64,000 nt of DNA from Mobula hypostoma (Eukaryota): contig NC_086097.1 in assembly GCF_963921235.1 (NCBI RefSeq), positions 13,144,001 to 13,208,000 of the forward strand. Reading direction: 5' to 3'. The notes under the pieces were generated by a model. It was not told the DNA's origin. It did no database searches and was given only the letters and a program-made list of their open reading frames with translations. The translations under genes and the position numbers were made by a program. Shown piece after piece: positions 50,407 to 63,200 of the stretch (the first letter of the stretch is position 1; the number at the start of each line of letters is the position of its first letter).

Positions 50407-51084
50407 TAGTCATTGTTATAGTCATAGTCATACTTTATTGATCCCGGGGGAAATTGGTTTTTGTTACAGTTGCACCATAAATAATTAAATAGTAATAAAA
50501 CCATAAATAGTTAAATAGTAATATGTAAATTATGCCAGGAAATAAGTCCAGGACCAGCCTATTGGCTCAGGGTGTCTGACCTTCCAAGGGAGGAGTTGTA
50601 AAGTTTGATGGCCACAGGCAGAAATGACTTCCTATGACGCTCTGTGTTGCATCTCGGTGGAATGAGTCTCTGGCTGAATGTACTCCTGTGCCCACCCAGT
50701 CCATTATGTAGTGGATGGGAGACATTGTCCAAGATGGCATTCAACTTGGACAGCATCCTCTTTTCAGATACCTCTTTTCAGAGAGTCCAGTTCCATCCCC
50801 ACAACATCACTGGCCTTACGAATGAGTTTGTTGATTCTGTTGGTGTCTGCTACCCTCAGCCTGCTGCCCCAGCACACAACAGCAAGCATGATCGCATTGG
50901 CCACCACAGACTCGTAGAACATGCTCAGCATCGTCCGGCAGATGCTAAAGGACCTCAGTCTCCTCAGGAAGTAGAGACGGCTCTGACCCTTCTTGTAGAC
51001 AGCCTCAGTGTTCTTTGACCAGTCCAGTTTATTGCCAATTCGTATCCCCAGGTATTTGTAATCCTCCACCATATCCACACTGAG
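50407..51084 (-). mobile_element. Rex1/Babar-like LINE 3' part with (GACTAT)n tail
   Basis: Minus 'VEDYKYLGIRIGNKLDWSKNTEAVYKKGQSRLYFLRRLRSF...SHPLH...RHRKSFLPVAIKLYN'. Confidence 0.88.
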
Positions 51085-52295
51085 TTTATGTGTGTTGCAT
51101 TGGATTTCCAGCATCAGCAGGTTTTCTCATGTTACAAGTATTTCCTGTTGCTATCAGTTATTTTATACTTACAACAATATCCAGAATTTTATCTGGGACA
51201 TTTCAATCTACCTGGAGTTCCGCCCTCTTGTTGTAGCTGATCTCTGACTCATCCTTAAGGTACTATATGGGATTCAGCCAAAAAACTTGGAGATTGCATT
51301 TACTTACTCATCTACTAAATGCTCTGATTCATGTCCCACAGATAAGCTGCCACTGTTACGCTTAACAAGCCATCTCTTGGGATTTGCCTTATTAGATTAA
51401 GGCAGCATTGTTTGGAAAATTAGAGTGCCTTCTTCCTTTGGTAACTGACTGCTCTGTTAAGACCTAGGACCAATTTAACACATGTCTGCAAGAATGTAAG
51501 TCTTCCTTGTGTTGGGTGTGTCTAGAAAACACAGTGCCAGAAATACACTGTGGGTCAGTCAGCTACCAAAATGATAGATTACTAAATTTTATTTAGAGAT
51601 ACAGTCATTCCAGCAGAAAGGTCTACACTGCCCAGCAGTCTACCTTTTTAACCCTAACCTAATCACAGAAAAAAAATTATTGACCATTAAAACTGGTACA
51701 TCTTTGAAATATGGGAGGAAACTGAAGAAACTCTTGTGGTTCCTAGGAAGGATGTAGAATCTCCTTAAAAACAACACTGGAATTAAACTCCGCCCTGCAA
51801 TACCCTGAGCTGTAATAGCATCATGCAAACTGCAGTGCTATTACAGGAGGACATCCTGCCCACTGTATGCATGCCAGCTCCCTCAAAATGCAAGTAGTTC
51901 CACTTCTCAGACATTGCCCATATTATTCAAACGTTTCCTCTGACAACATTCAGGCCATGCTCTCTTCTTGCTGCTGCCATCAGGATGAAGGTACCGGACC
52001 CTCAGACGACACACCACCAGGTTCAGCAGCAGTTATTTCCCCTCAACCATCCAGCTCTTGAATACAAGGGAATAACTCCAGTCAACTTCACTTGCCCCAT
52101 CAGAAACAACGGATTCACTTTTCAAGTCTCTTCATCTCACGTTCTCGATATTTATTATTATCATTTTTTTTCCTTTTGTCTTTGCACTGTTTGTTGTCTT
52201 TCACATGTTGATCTTTTTGTCTGTCTTGTTGGGCATGGTTTTCCATTGATTCTATTGTGTTTCTTGGATGTATTGCGTATGCCTGCAAGAAGAGG

Positions 52296-52566
52296 AGCAG
52301 CACGTAGTGTAGTGGTGAGACAACACTTTACAGTACCAGTGACCCGGGGTCAATTCCCTCTGCTGTCTTAAGGAGTTTGTACGGTCTTCCCGTGATCACG
52401 TGGGTTTCCTCCAGGTACTCCGGTTTCTTCCCACAGTCCAAAGACATGCTGGTTGATAGGTTACTTAGTCATTGTAAATTGTCCCGTGATTTGGCTCAGG
52501 GTAAATCAAGGAATGCTGGGAGTTGTGGCTCGAAAGGCCAGAAGGGCCTATTCCGCACTGCATTTC
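52296..52566 (+). mobile_element. Full-length V-SINE (HE1-like)
   Basis: tRNA-like head gtagtgtagtgg...ggtcaattcc, V-domain gtgggtttcctccaggtactccggtttcttcccacagtccaaagac, and CR1-derived tail ggccagaagggcctattccgcactg. Confidence 0.85.
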
Positions 52567-54120
52567 AAAGTTCAAAGTTCAAAGTAAAATTTATTATTAG
52601 GGTAAATATATGTCACATACAACACTGAGATTCTTTTTCTGTGGACCTAACTGGTAAATCTATAGAACAGCAACTGTAAACAAGATCAATGGACAACAAA
52701 CTGCAAATGCAGATATAAATAAATTGCAATAAATAACGAGCATGAAATAACAAGATAAAGAGTCCTCAGTGTGAGACCATCGGTTGTGGGAACACTAGAA
52801 GTAGAATGAGTGTAGTTATCCCCTTTTGTTTAAGAACTTGATGGTTGAGGGGTGGCAACTGTTCTTGAACCTCATGGTGTGAGTCCTGAGGTACTTGTAC
52901 GTTCTACTTGAAGGCAGCAGCAAGAAGAGAGTATGGCCTGGGTGGTGATGATCCTTGATGATGGACGGTGCTTTTGTATGGCAAAGTTTCACAAAGATGT
53001 GCAGAATGGTTGGAAGGGTTTTGCCCGTGATGTACTGGGCTGAATCCATTACCTTTTGTAGGATTTTCCACTCAAAGGCATTGGTGTTCCCATACCAGGC
53101 CATGATACAGCCTGTCATCACACTTTCCACCACATATCTATAAACGTTTGCCAAGGTTTTTGATAATATGCCGAATCTCTGTATCTCTGTAGACTTCTGA
53201 GGAAGTAGAGGTGCTGTTTGCAGTTCTGTTTATATGATGGGTCCAAGACATCATACAGTGAGATAGTGACACACAGGAATTTAAAGTTACTGGCCCTCTC
53301 CACCTCCGATACGCTAATGATTACTGGCTTATGGACCTCAAGTTTCACTCTACTGGTATACAATCAGTTCCTTGGTGTTATTGACATTGAGTGAGAGGTT
53401 GTTGTTATTATATCACTCAGCCAACTTTTCAATCTCCCTCCTGTATGCTGACTCATCACCCCTTTGAGACAGCCCATAACAGTGGTGACATCAGCAAACT
53501 TGTTTCAGCTTTTGGAACTGTACTTAGCCGCACAGTCACAGGTGTAAAGCAAGTGGAGCAGGGTTGAAGCACACGTCCCTGCAATGCTCCTGTGCTGATG
53601 GAGATTGAGACAGAGATGGTTTTGTCAATCCAAACCGCACAATTGCACAAGGGGATATTGAGGCCCTGGTCTTGGAGTTTACTAATTAGTTTTGAGGGAT
53701 GATGGTATTAAATGCTGAGCTGTAATTGATAAAGAGCATTATGATGTATGCATCTTTACTGTCCAGATATTCCAAGGTTGTGTGAAGAGTCAATAAGATG
53801 GCATCTGCTGTAGACCCATTGCCTTGGTAGGAAAATTGAAGTGGATCCAAGTTGCCACTCAGACAGGAGCTGATATGCTTCAACACCAGCCTCTGAAAAC
53901 ACTTCATCACTGGGGATGTAAGTACCACTGGGTGATAGTGATCGAGACAGGTTACCTTGGGCACTGGCATGATTGAAGTCTGCTTAAAGCAGGGGGGTAC
54001 CACACACTGACAGAGCGACAGGTTGAAGATATCCGTGAATACACCAGCCTATTGGTCTGTACAGTTTTTAAGTACCTGGTCAGGTATTCCATATGGTCCG
54101 GATGCTTTCCTTGGATTGAC
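52567..54120 (-). mobile_element. Decayed Rex1/Babar LINE (RT to tail)
   Basis: Minus '[56 protein letters not shown]' and 'TGALQG'. (CTTTGAA)n tail. Confidence 0.88.
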
Positions 54121-54675
54121 TTGTATTTCAATAAAATGATTAATTAATTAATTAAACAAACAAATCTTAAGTTTGCATAAAGTGACATGAATGTACTTTG
54201 ATAAAGATTTCCTTTGATATGGGAACTTTAGAATTTATTTTGGGAATCATTTTTCACTGATCTTTGAGGCAATGCATTCCAGGTCAGAGGAAATAAAGTA
54301 TTCAACAGGTTAAAATATTCTCACCACACTAGGTCCTTACCTCCAACCTGTAACTGTCAGTTACTGGCCACTTATAACTGGGATCCATTTATTCTTTCTC
54401 ATTCTGCACCTGAAAATGATTGCTGAGCCTTTGCTGACATGGATTGGTGCTTAATAATGCTCCTTGTTTCAATCAGGGGACATTTATAGAGGAAGATTCT
54501 GTTTACTTTTATTTGACATCTTCACAAAGTCTATCTCTGATAAAAATGACCTCCTGTGTGCTCCACCAGTGTTCTCCTCTCTTTGGGATGTGTTGAATGC
54601 TTTTCAGATCTAGCTCAGAATTCTTCCTTGAACCATTATTCAAGATTATGCTCCATGATCAGAACTTCATTAATT

Positions 54676-54860
54676 ATGCAAACAACAGGAATTCTGCAGA
54701 TGCTGGAAATTCAAGCAACACACATCAAAGTTGCTGGTGAACGCAGCAGGTCAGGCAGCATCTCTAGGAAGAGGTACAGTCGATGTTTCAGGCCGAGACC
54801 CTTCGTCAGGACTAACTGAAGGAACAGTTAGTAAGAGATTTGAAACGTCGACTGTACCTT
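54676..54860 (-). mobile_element. Penelope-like terminal repeat with a short inverted partner
   Basis: Closely matches 31912-32040. A plus-strand partial copy tgaaacgtcgactgtacct lies at 54841-54859. Confidence 0.8.
54778..54813 (-). ncRNA. Minimal type I hammerhead ribozyme motif with intact core
   Basis: Minus strand reads AGTC-CTGACGA-AGGGTCTCGGCCT-GAAAC-ATC-GACT. Core CUGANGA and GAAA are intact; the triplet is AUC, giving one stem III mismatch. Confidence 0.7.
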
Positions 54861-56592
54861 GAAGTGAACAGCTTCCTTCTACTGTAAACGTTGCCATTGA
54901 CTTGTTTTTTGATGTTATTTCACACAGAAAATGATTAAGATCTGGCTGTTGCCCCCAATAACTTAGCACGCTTAAGACCAGTGCATGGAGCTTTTATAAT
55001 GGATATCATCTATTTGAATATGTATACCATCATGAATGAATGAATTCCCAGAAGGTCTGACAATTGTGATCTCTGAAAGTTGGCAACTCTTCAACAATGT
55101 TTGATGGAACGGTACCAGAATGACAATGCAGTATCCCACTCAGTGTGTTCCTGACCTCAACCGTTCTACCAAGGAGAGACAATGAATGAAGGCCAGACAG
55201 GTTCTCATAGGGAGGCAGTGGCAGTCAGCAGGCAAACCATCCTTGGCCAATCTAGCATATCCATCAATCGAACCACGAGGTAATCTGGCTGACTGTTGGC
55301 AATTATTCATCTGCCTGCTCCTAGCAAGTGGAGACACTAAATGCTTAAAAATGAAGATAGTGAAACTCAAATATATATGAGTTAAGAATGTTTGAATTGC
55401 TGGAAAACATGTTTGGGAATGAGCATATGCTGAACCAGAACCTATAGCCCTGACTGAAAAAGCTGACAGGTTGCCAGAGGACCCAGTCTTGATAATCTGG
55501 GAAGTGAGCCAACATTCAAGAGGCACTTTTATTTGAACATAACCCCTCACACGTCAATTATTCAGGAATCTTTCTGCCATTGAATCACACTGATTGGAAT
55601 CAGGGTGGCTTTAAAAACTACAGTCACTTGGTTGGCAACAACCCATTCGCTCGGCGTCATTATATAGCAGGATATGTGATACTGCCGATAGACGGCATTA
55701 TTTTTATATACCTTGTCAAGTTTAATTAAAGGAGATTTAATTAAGCACTTGTTGGAACAAATGTGGGTAGGAGGCTTTAAGTTTTTTGCATTCTTTTGTG
55801 TTCGCCAATAATTTTGTTTGATGGCTAAGCCACTATCAACATCATAGGATAAATAATTATAGAACAATTGAACCTGAAGAGGTGGTTACATGCAGACATA
55901 GAATGATTCAAGTACAATACCTGACAATATACAGGTGGGCTCAGGTACAGTTCCACTTGCCCATGGCCTTCTTCTCCTTAAATAACATCGCCACCTCCTA
56001 CCCACCCTCCAAATGACTGCATTCTGCTTCATTCTGCATCCATCATCAAAGGCCCCCATCTTTCAGGCCATACTCTCCTCTCACTGTCGCCATCTGGAAG
56101 GAGGTACATGAGCTTTAAGTCCCACATCTACCAGGTTCAGGAGCAATTATTACTTCTCAACTACCAGGATCTTGGTCCAGAAAGGATGACTTCACTCACC
56201 CCAATATTGAACTGATTCCACTACCTATGGATTCACTTTATAAAACCACTGTTCTTGATACTTATTGCTTATTTGTTTATTATATTTTTTCTTTGCTTTT
56301 TGTACTTGCACAGTTTGTTGTCTTTTGTACATTGGTTATTTGTCTGTCCCTACTGTGTGTGTTTTTTCATGGATTCTTTGTATTTCTTTCAATTTACTAT
56401 GAAGGCCCATAAGAAAATGTTAGCATATACTGTATGCACATTAACAATAAATTTACTTTGAACTTTGAACTATATATAGTAGAATCATTGTGCTATACTG
56501 CAAGCAAACAGGTCCTCTGGCACAACCTGTCCATGCCAAGTGCCACCTAAGCTGGTCTCATTTATCAATGTTTTCCCCATAACCCTCTAAAC

Positions 56593-56675
56593 CAGAAGTT
56601 CCCAACCTGGGGTCCACAGATCCCTCGGTTAATGGTAGGGGTCCATGGCATTAAAAAAAAACTTGGAAACCCTTG
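56593..56675. mobile_element. 83-bp hAT/Charlie-like MITE inserted in a CR1 3' fragment
   Basis: Decayed TIRs cagaagttcccaac and cttggaaacccttg. 8-bp TSD ctctaaac (56585-56592) and ctctaaag (56676-56683). Confidence 0.7.
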
Positions 56676-57728
56676 CTCTAAAGCTTTCCTGTCCACATAT
56701 TTATCTGAATGTCTCTTAAATGTTGTTATTCTAACTGCCTCAGTACTTTTTCTGGAAGTTCATTCCATATACTTCTCACCTTTTGTGAGAAGAAGTTGCC
56801 CCTCAGGTCTCTTTTAAACACTTCCCCGCTCACCTTAAACTTTTTGTCATTTAGATTTTGGTCCTTTACCCTGAGTTTTTTTTTGGATTCTGAATCTCTC
56901 TTTCAGTGTCTCCCTGACCTCAGACATCCTCCCTCCTACTTTTGCATCTCTCCCTCTCCCTTCCATCCTTTTGCTGAGTTTCTCCTTTCTTCCTTGTATT
57001 GAAGGCACTTCCCTATTTCTTTCCTCCAGCTCTCTGCTCTCCACCCTCCATCCAACTCTCCTTCCTTCCTCTCCAACTCTTCCCTTCCCTCTCTCTTGTT
57101 CTCCAGCCCCAAAGGAAAGCTGTGCATTGTTGCCGAGTGGTGTTCCCAAGTCCGGGATTAGCCGGTGAATCCAGTCTGGGCCTGAAGCACATGACTGTAA
57201 ACAATATGACATCTGGGGTAGTGACAAAGTGGTAATTTAATACAGAGATACATCCCTGTGACCAACTAGTCTACCAAACTGTACATCTTTGGACTGTGGG
57301 AGGAAACTGGAGCACCCGGGGAGAAACCTACGCGGTCGCAGGCAGAATGTACAAACCCCTCACAGACAGCAGCAGGAGTGAACCTGCATAGAAGGGCCAG
57401 CATGTGACTATCCCTCAGAGCTCTTGCCCCCATTCACTCATCCCTTTCTTCCTTTCCATGTCCCTATCAATTCCCTCAATACCTGCCTGCCCTCTATCCT
57501 CTCCAAACTTCCAGCTGCTGTAGCTGACTGCACTTCATGAACGTGGCAGTCGCACAGTAGTAGCAGGTCAATCAAGGTGTGGGAAGTGATGTCCTTGGGT
57601 TGACAGCCAAGACCTCAAACCTGGCACAGAGCCAGAGGATGGATAGTCTGCAGTGTTCTGTGCATTCCTATAGAACTCTACCTACAGCAGCTTCCTCAAA
57701 TCAGCAATACACAAAATCCTCCAGACCT

Positions 57729-58190
57729 ATACTTTATACTTTATTTTCGCCAAACAATTGATACTAGAACGTACAATCATCATAGCGATATTTGATTCTG
57801 TGCTTCCCGGTCCCTGGATTACAAATCAATAGTAAATATTAAAATTTTAAATTATAAATCATAAATAGAAAATATAGAAATAGAAAGTAAGGTAGTTCAA
57901 AAAAACCGAGAGGCAGGTCCAGATATTTGGAGGGTACGGCCCAGATTCGGGTCAGGATCCGTTCAGCAGTCTTATCACAGTTGGAAAGAAGCTGTTCCCA
58001 AATCTGGCCGTATGAGCCTTCAAGCTCCTGAGCCTTCTCCCGGAGGGAAGAGGGGCGAAAGGTGTGTTGGCTGGGTGGGTCGTGTCCTTGATTATCCTGG
58101 CAGAACTGCTCCGACAGCGTGCAGTGTAAAGTGAGTCCAAGGACGGAAGATTGGTTTGTGTGATGTGCTGCGCCAGATCCTCCAGATCTA
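57729..58190 (-). mobile_element. Rex1/Babar-like LINE 3' end, same family as 1-310
   Basis: Minus 'IIKDTTHPANTPFAPLPSGRRLRSLKAHTARFGNSFFPTVIRLLNGS*' with an (ATAAAGT)n tail. Confidence 0.85.
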
Positions 58191-59789
58191 AACAAACCAC
58201 AGTGAATATGGCTGCCCAAAAAAGATTAGAACGATTAAGGCACCAAGGCAGAGGGTGGAGGATGAACTGGTGTTCAGCTTACTTCTTTGCGTTAGCCAAG
58301 ATCCCCCATGTGAACCCATTCTATCTGCTTATGGTTGACCCATCTCCCTCTCTTCTTGCGGCTATTATTGGGCGCAGGAGTCTTGGGTCTTACGCTACCA
58401 GGTTGGCAAGAAGTTGTTGCCCTGCTGCCTTCAGGCTCCTGGACCGGCCTCACTCGCCTCAGCACTGAACTGACCCCGCAGCTGTGGACTCCGCGGTTCA
58501 TGTTCTATGTATCGTTTGTTATTTTTTATTTGCACAACATGTCCTTTTTGTAGATAGAGTGTCTGTCGGTCTTTGTTGTGTGTTTTTTTTGTGGACTTTA
58601 TTGTGTTTCTTTGTTTCGTGACTGCTTGCAACAGATGAATCTCAACATTGTGTATGGTATACATACTTTGATAATAAAGTTACTTTGAACTTTGAAGACA
58701 GCAACCTAGCTTTTGTTTCTGAGAGGCAGGCCAGTTTGCCCGCATGGAGTACACTGGACTCGTAAAGTCACTCTATTCCAAACTCCATCACTGCTAGAGA
58801 TAACTGAAGGACATTCTGAAAAGTTCCTTAAAGTATCACAACCCTGCTAGCTTGTGGATATCCTAGGATTCGTGCACTTGATAGAGCGAAGGAGCATGTA
58901 GGAGTGGACTGAGAGCCTTGAGTCCATATGTTGACAACACACACAGACTACTGTAAAAGGCAGAAAGAGTGCATCAGTTTACTAGTTATGGACTCCCCCA
59001 GTCCATCAAGCCCTTCTCGCTTGGCCGGAGACTGAGTTCACAGCTCTTACATTAGCTTCATCGGCCTGGTCAGAAACCTTAGGACTGGAGTAGAAGCAGG
59101 TCACCCTCAAATGAAGGAACTGTCAAAGAAATACTGAAAGAAGAGGACAATAGTGAGAATATTTCAAAACTAGCCTTTTGTGTGTAAAGTAATTTGAAAC
59201 GGAAAGTAGAACTTAACTTTATTTATAGCTGATCTTTCTCCTAACTCTTCATAACTTCTCATGTTCTATGTTCCCTAACATTCTTTGCTTCTCAGAAATA
59301 TGTCAATTTCCAATGAATACCTTAACCTCAGGTGGTTATTACTTGTAGAATGCCCTTCCAAATTTCTTCAAGCTCTTCTGCTTTAGTTTTCTTCAGTGCT
59401 GCTGAAGTTTTCATATCCTGGATGCACCAGCCAACAAAAACAGTCATCCTCAGTCTATTTATAATCTTTTAACTACCAGGGAATTTACTGCAGAAAAGCA
59501 CACAGTCACAGGGAGAATGTGCAGTGTCCACCTGGACAGCATACGGGGTCAGGATCACCAGAGCTCTGAGGAGGTTGTACTAATTGCAGCACTGCCACAC
59601 CACTTGACTAGCTTAAACTTTCAGCTAAAGGTTCACTGTTGTCTTTCTAAGATCAATACACCGTATGCCGTGACCTGATATACAGTAATACTCTAATCAA
59701 ATTTAAACAAAACATTTTAAAAGTGCATAATTCCTACCTATTTTTTTCAGATCCAAAGAGGTAACATTTCTTTTGATTAATTTACAGAA

Positions 59790-61100
59790 AGTTATTTGAG
59801 GAAGTTACCAGGTAAGCTGATGAAGGAAGCCAGTAGATTGTCTACATGGATTTTTGCAAGGCTTTTGACAAGGTGCTACAAGTCAGATTGGTCAAGAAAG
59901 TTCAATCTCTTGGTATTCAAGATGAGATAGTGTATTGGATTAGACATTGGTTTTGCAGGACAAGCCAGAGAGTGGTAGTAGATACTTTATACTTTATACT
60001 TTATTGTCCCCAAACAATTTCGGGAGAGCACACGCAAAGTCGCCAGTTACTGGTACCATCTTAACTAAACAGATGGTTGCCTCTCTGACTGGAGTCCTGT
60101 GATTAGTGGTGCAATGCAGGGATTGGTACTGGTTTTGTTATCGTTTGTCATCTATATCAATGACCTGGATGACAATGTTGTAAACGGAATCAGCAAATTT
60201 GCGGATGATGCCTACTTTGGGGGTGTAGTGGGCAGCAAGGAAGGCTATCAAAGCTTCCAGCAGGATTTAGGCCAGCTGGTTAAATGGGCTAGGAAGATAG
60301 AATTTAATGCAGATGAATGTGTGGTGTTGCACTTTGGGAGGACAAACCAGGGTAAGACTTACATGATGAGTGGTAGGGGACTGAGGAATGTGATAAAACA
60401 AGGAGATCTGGGAATACAGATCCTTAATTCCTTGAAAGAGGCATCACAGGTAAATAGGGACTTAAGAAAGCATTTGGCATGTTGGCCTTCATAAATCAAG
60501 GTATTGAATACAAGAGTTGGGATGTTATGTTGAAGTTATATAAGACATTGGTGAGGCCTAATTTGGAGTATTGTGTGCAGTTCTGTAACCTACCTACAGG
60601 AAAGAATCCAGTAAGATTGAAAGAGTACAGAGAAAATTTACAAGGATGTTGCCAGGACTTCAGGGCCTGAGTACAGGGAAAGATTGTAAAGGTTTGGGCT
60701 TTATTCCCAGAGAGTATAGGAGAATGTGGGAAGACTTGATAGAGGCAATCAAAATTATGAGGAGTATAGATAGGGTAAATACAAACAGGCTTTGTACACT
60801 AGGGTTGGATGAGACTAGAGCTAGAGCTCATCGGTTACGGGTGAACGGTGAAATGTTTCAGCAGAGCATGAATGGCAATATGTTCACTCAGAGGGTGGTC
60901 ATTGTATGGATGAGCAGACAGCACAAGTGATAGAAATGCCTGATTTCAACACTTCAGAGAAATTTGGATAGGTACATGAATGGGAGGGGAATGGAGGATT
61001 ATGATCAATGTGCGGTTCAATGGGACAAGGAAGGATAATAGTTCAGCATAGACTAGATGGGCTGAAGGGCCTGTTACTGCACTGTTGTGTTCTATGACTT
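59790..61100 (+). mobile_element. Decayed CR1 LINE (RT core to 3' UTR) with a small insertion at about 59981-60070
   Basis: YMDFCKAFDKV, YINDLD..SKFADD and LYKTLVRPNLEYCVQF, with several frameshifts. Confidence 0.88.
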
Positions 61101-61159
61101 TAATTTCTGTGTCTTGTCCTTGACATTTTAATGAGTTTCCATAAGCTTCAACATATTTT

Positions 61160-63200
61160 TTGGAGATAGTGATCAGAATTCTATCTCCTTTACGATATCA
61201 TTGGTGAGGGATAGGAACAGGCAAGTTAGGAAAGCGTTTAATTGGAGTAAGGGGAAATAAGAAGCTATTAGGCAGGAACTTGGAAGTATAAATTGGGAAC
61301 AGATGTTCTCAGGGAAATGTGACAAATGGGGATATTTTCATGGTGTTCTGTACAGGTATGTTCCAATAAGACAAGGAAGGGATGGTAGGGTACGGGAACC
61401 ATGGTGTACAAAGGCTGTTTGAAAATCTAGTCAAGAAGAAAAGAAAAGCTTACAAAAGGTTCAAAAAACTAGGTAATGATAGAGATCTAAGGCTAGCAAG
61501 AAGGAGCTTAAGAATGAAATTGGGAGAGCCAGAAGGGGCCATAAGAAGGCATTGGCGAGCAGGATTAAGGAAAATCCCAAGACATTCTACAAGTACGTGA
61601 AGAACAAGAGGATAAAACGTGAACGAGTTGGACCAACCAAGTGTGACAGTGAAAAAGTGTGTATGGAACCGAAGGAGGTGGCAGAGGTACTTAATGAAAC
61701 TTTGCTTCAGTATTCACTATGAATAAGGACCTTGGTGATTGTAGGGATGACTTACAGTGGACTGAAAAGCTTGAGCATATTAAGAAAGAGGATGTGCTGG
61801 AGCTTTTGGAAAGCATCAAGTTGGATAAGTCACTGGGACCAGACAAGATATACTCCAGGCTACTGTGGGAGGTGAGGGAGGAGATTGTTGATCCTCTGGC
61901 AATGATCTTTGCATCATCAATGGGGACGGGAGAGGTTCTGGAGTATTGGAGGGTTGCAGATGTTGTTCCCTTATTCAAGAAAGACTGTAAGGGATAGCCC
62001 AGGAGATTATAGACCAGTGAGTTATACTTCACTGGTTGGTAAATTGATGGAAAAGGTCCTGAGAGGCAGGATTTATGAACATTTGGAGAGGCATAATATT
62101 GAACATTTGAATAGTTAGCATGGCTTTGTGCCTTATGAGCCTGATTGAATATTTTAAGGATGTGACTAAACCATTGATGAAGGTAGAGCAGTAGATGTAC
62201 TGTATATGGATTTCAGCAAATCATTTGATAAGGTACTCCATGCAAGGCTTATTGAGAAAGTAAGGAAGTGGAGAGATGGGTTAGTAAATTTGCTGACGAC
62301 ACAAAGGTTGGAGGTGTTGTGGATAGTGTGGAGGGCTGTCAGTGGTTACAGTGGGACATCGATAGGATGCAAAACTGGGCTGAGAAGTGGCAGATGGAGT
62401 TCAATCCAGATAAGTGTGAGGTGGTTCATTTCAGTAGGTCAGATATGATGGCAGAATATAGTATTAATGGTAAACCTCTTGGCAGTGTGGAGCATCATAG
62501 AGATCTTGGGGTCCAGGTCCATAGGACACTCAAAGCTGTTGCGCAGGTTGACTGTGGTTAAGAGGGCATACGGTACATTGGCCTTCATCAACCGTGGGAT
62601 TGAGTTTAAGAGTCAAGGGGTAATGTTACGGCTTTATAGGACCCTGGCCAGAACCCACTTGTGGTACTGTGCTCAGTTCTGGCCACCTCACTACAAGAAG
62701 GATGTAGAAACTATAGAAAGGGTGCAGAGGAGATTAGCAAGGATGTTGTCTGGATTGGGGAGCATGCTCTATCAGAATAGGTTGAGTGAACTTGGCTTTT
62801 TCTCCTTGGAGCAACTGGGGATGAGACGTGACCTGATAGAGGTGTATAAGATGAGAGAGACATTGATCATGTGGATAGTCAGAGGCTTTTTCCCAGGGCT
62901 GAAATGGCTAACACGAGAGGGCACAGTTTTAAGGCGCTTGGAAGTAGGTACAGAGGAGATGTCAGGGCTAAGTTTTTTTTTACGCGGAGAGTGGTGAGTG
63001 CATGGAATGGGCTGCCGGCAACGGTGGTGGAGGCAGATACGATCAGGTCTATTAAGAGACTCCTGGATAGGTACATGGAGCTCAGAAAATTAGAGGGCTA
63101 TGGGTAACTCTTGGTAATTTTTACAAGAAGTACATGTTCAGCACAGCATCATGGGCTGAAGGGCTTGTATTGTGCTGTAGGTTTACTATGTTTCTATATT
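61160..63200 (+). mobile_element. Decayed CR1 LINE (end of endonuclease, tether, RT with internal deletion, 3' UTR)
   Basis: DKSLGPDKIYSRLL, YRPVSYTSLVGK, then MDFSKSFDKV joined directly to VSKFADDTK. Continues with TRGHSFK and a CR1 UTR and tail. Confidence 0.88.

Larger units (their letters stand above)
49850..51130 (+). mobile_element. Penelope-like element 3' end, interrupted by a LINE at 50407-51084
   Basis: 'LRLEEIRLIIHLGSLQPNGINIDFLNFW*' is the GIY-YIG C-terminus. The pLTR breaks at gagttcctccagcat and resumes as tttatgtgtgttgcattggatttccagcatc. Confidence 0.85.
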
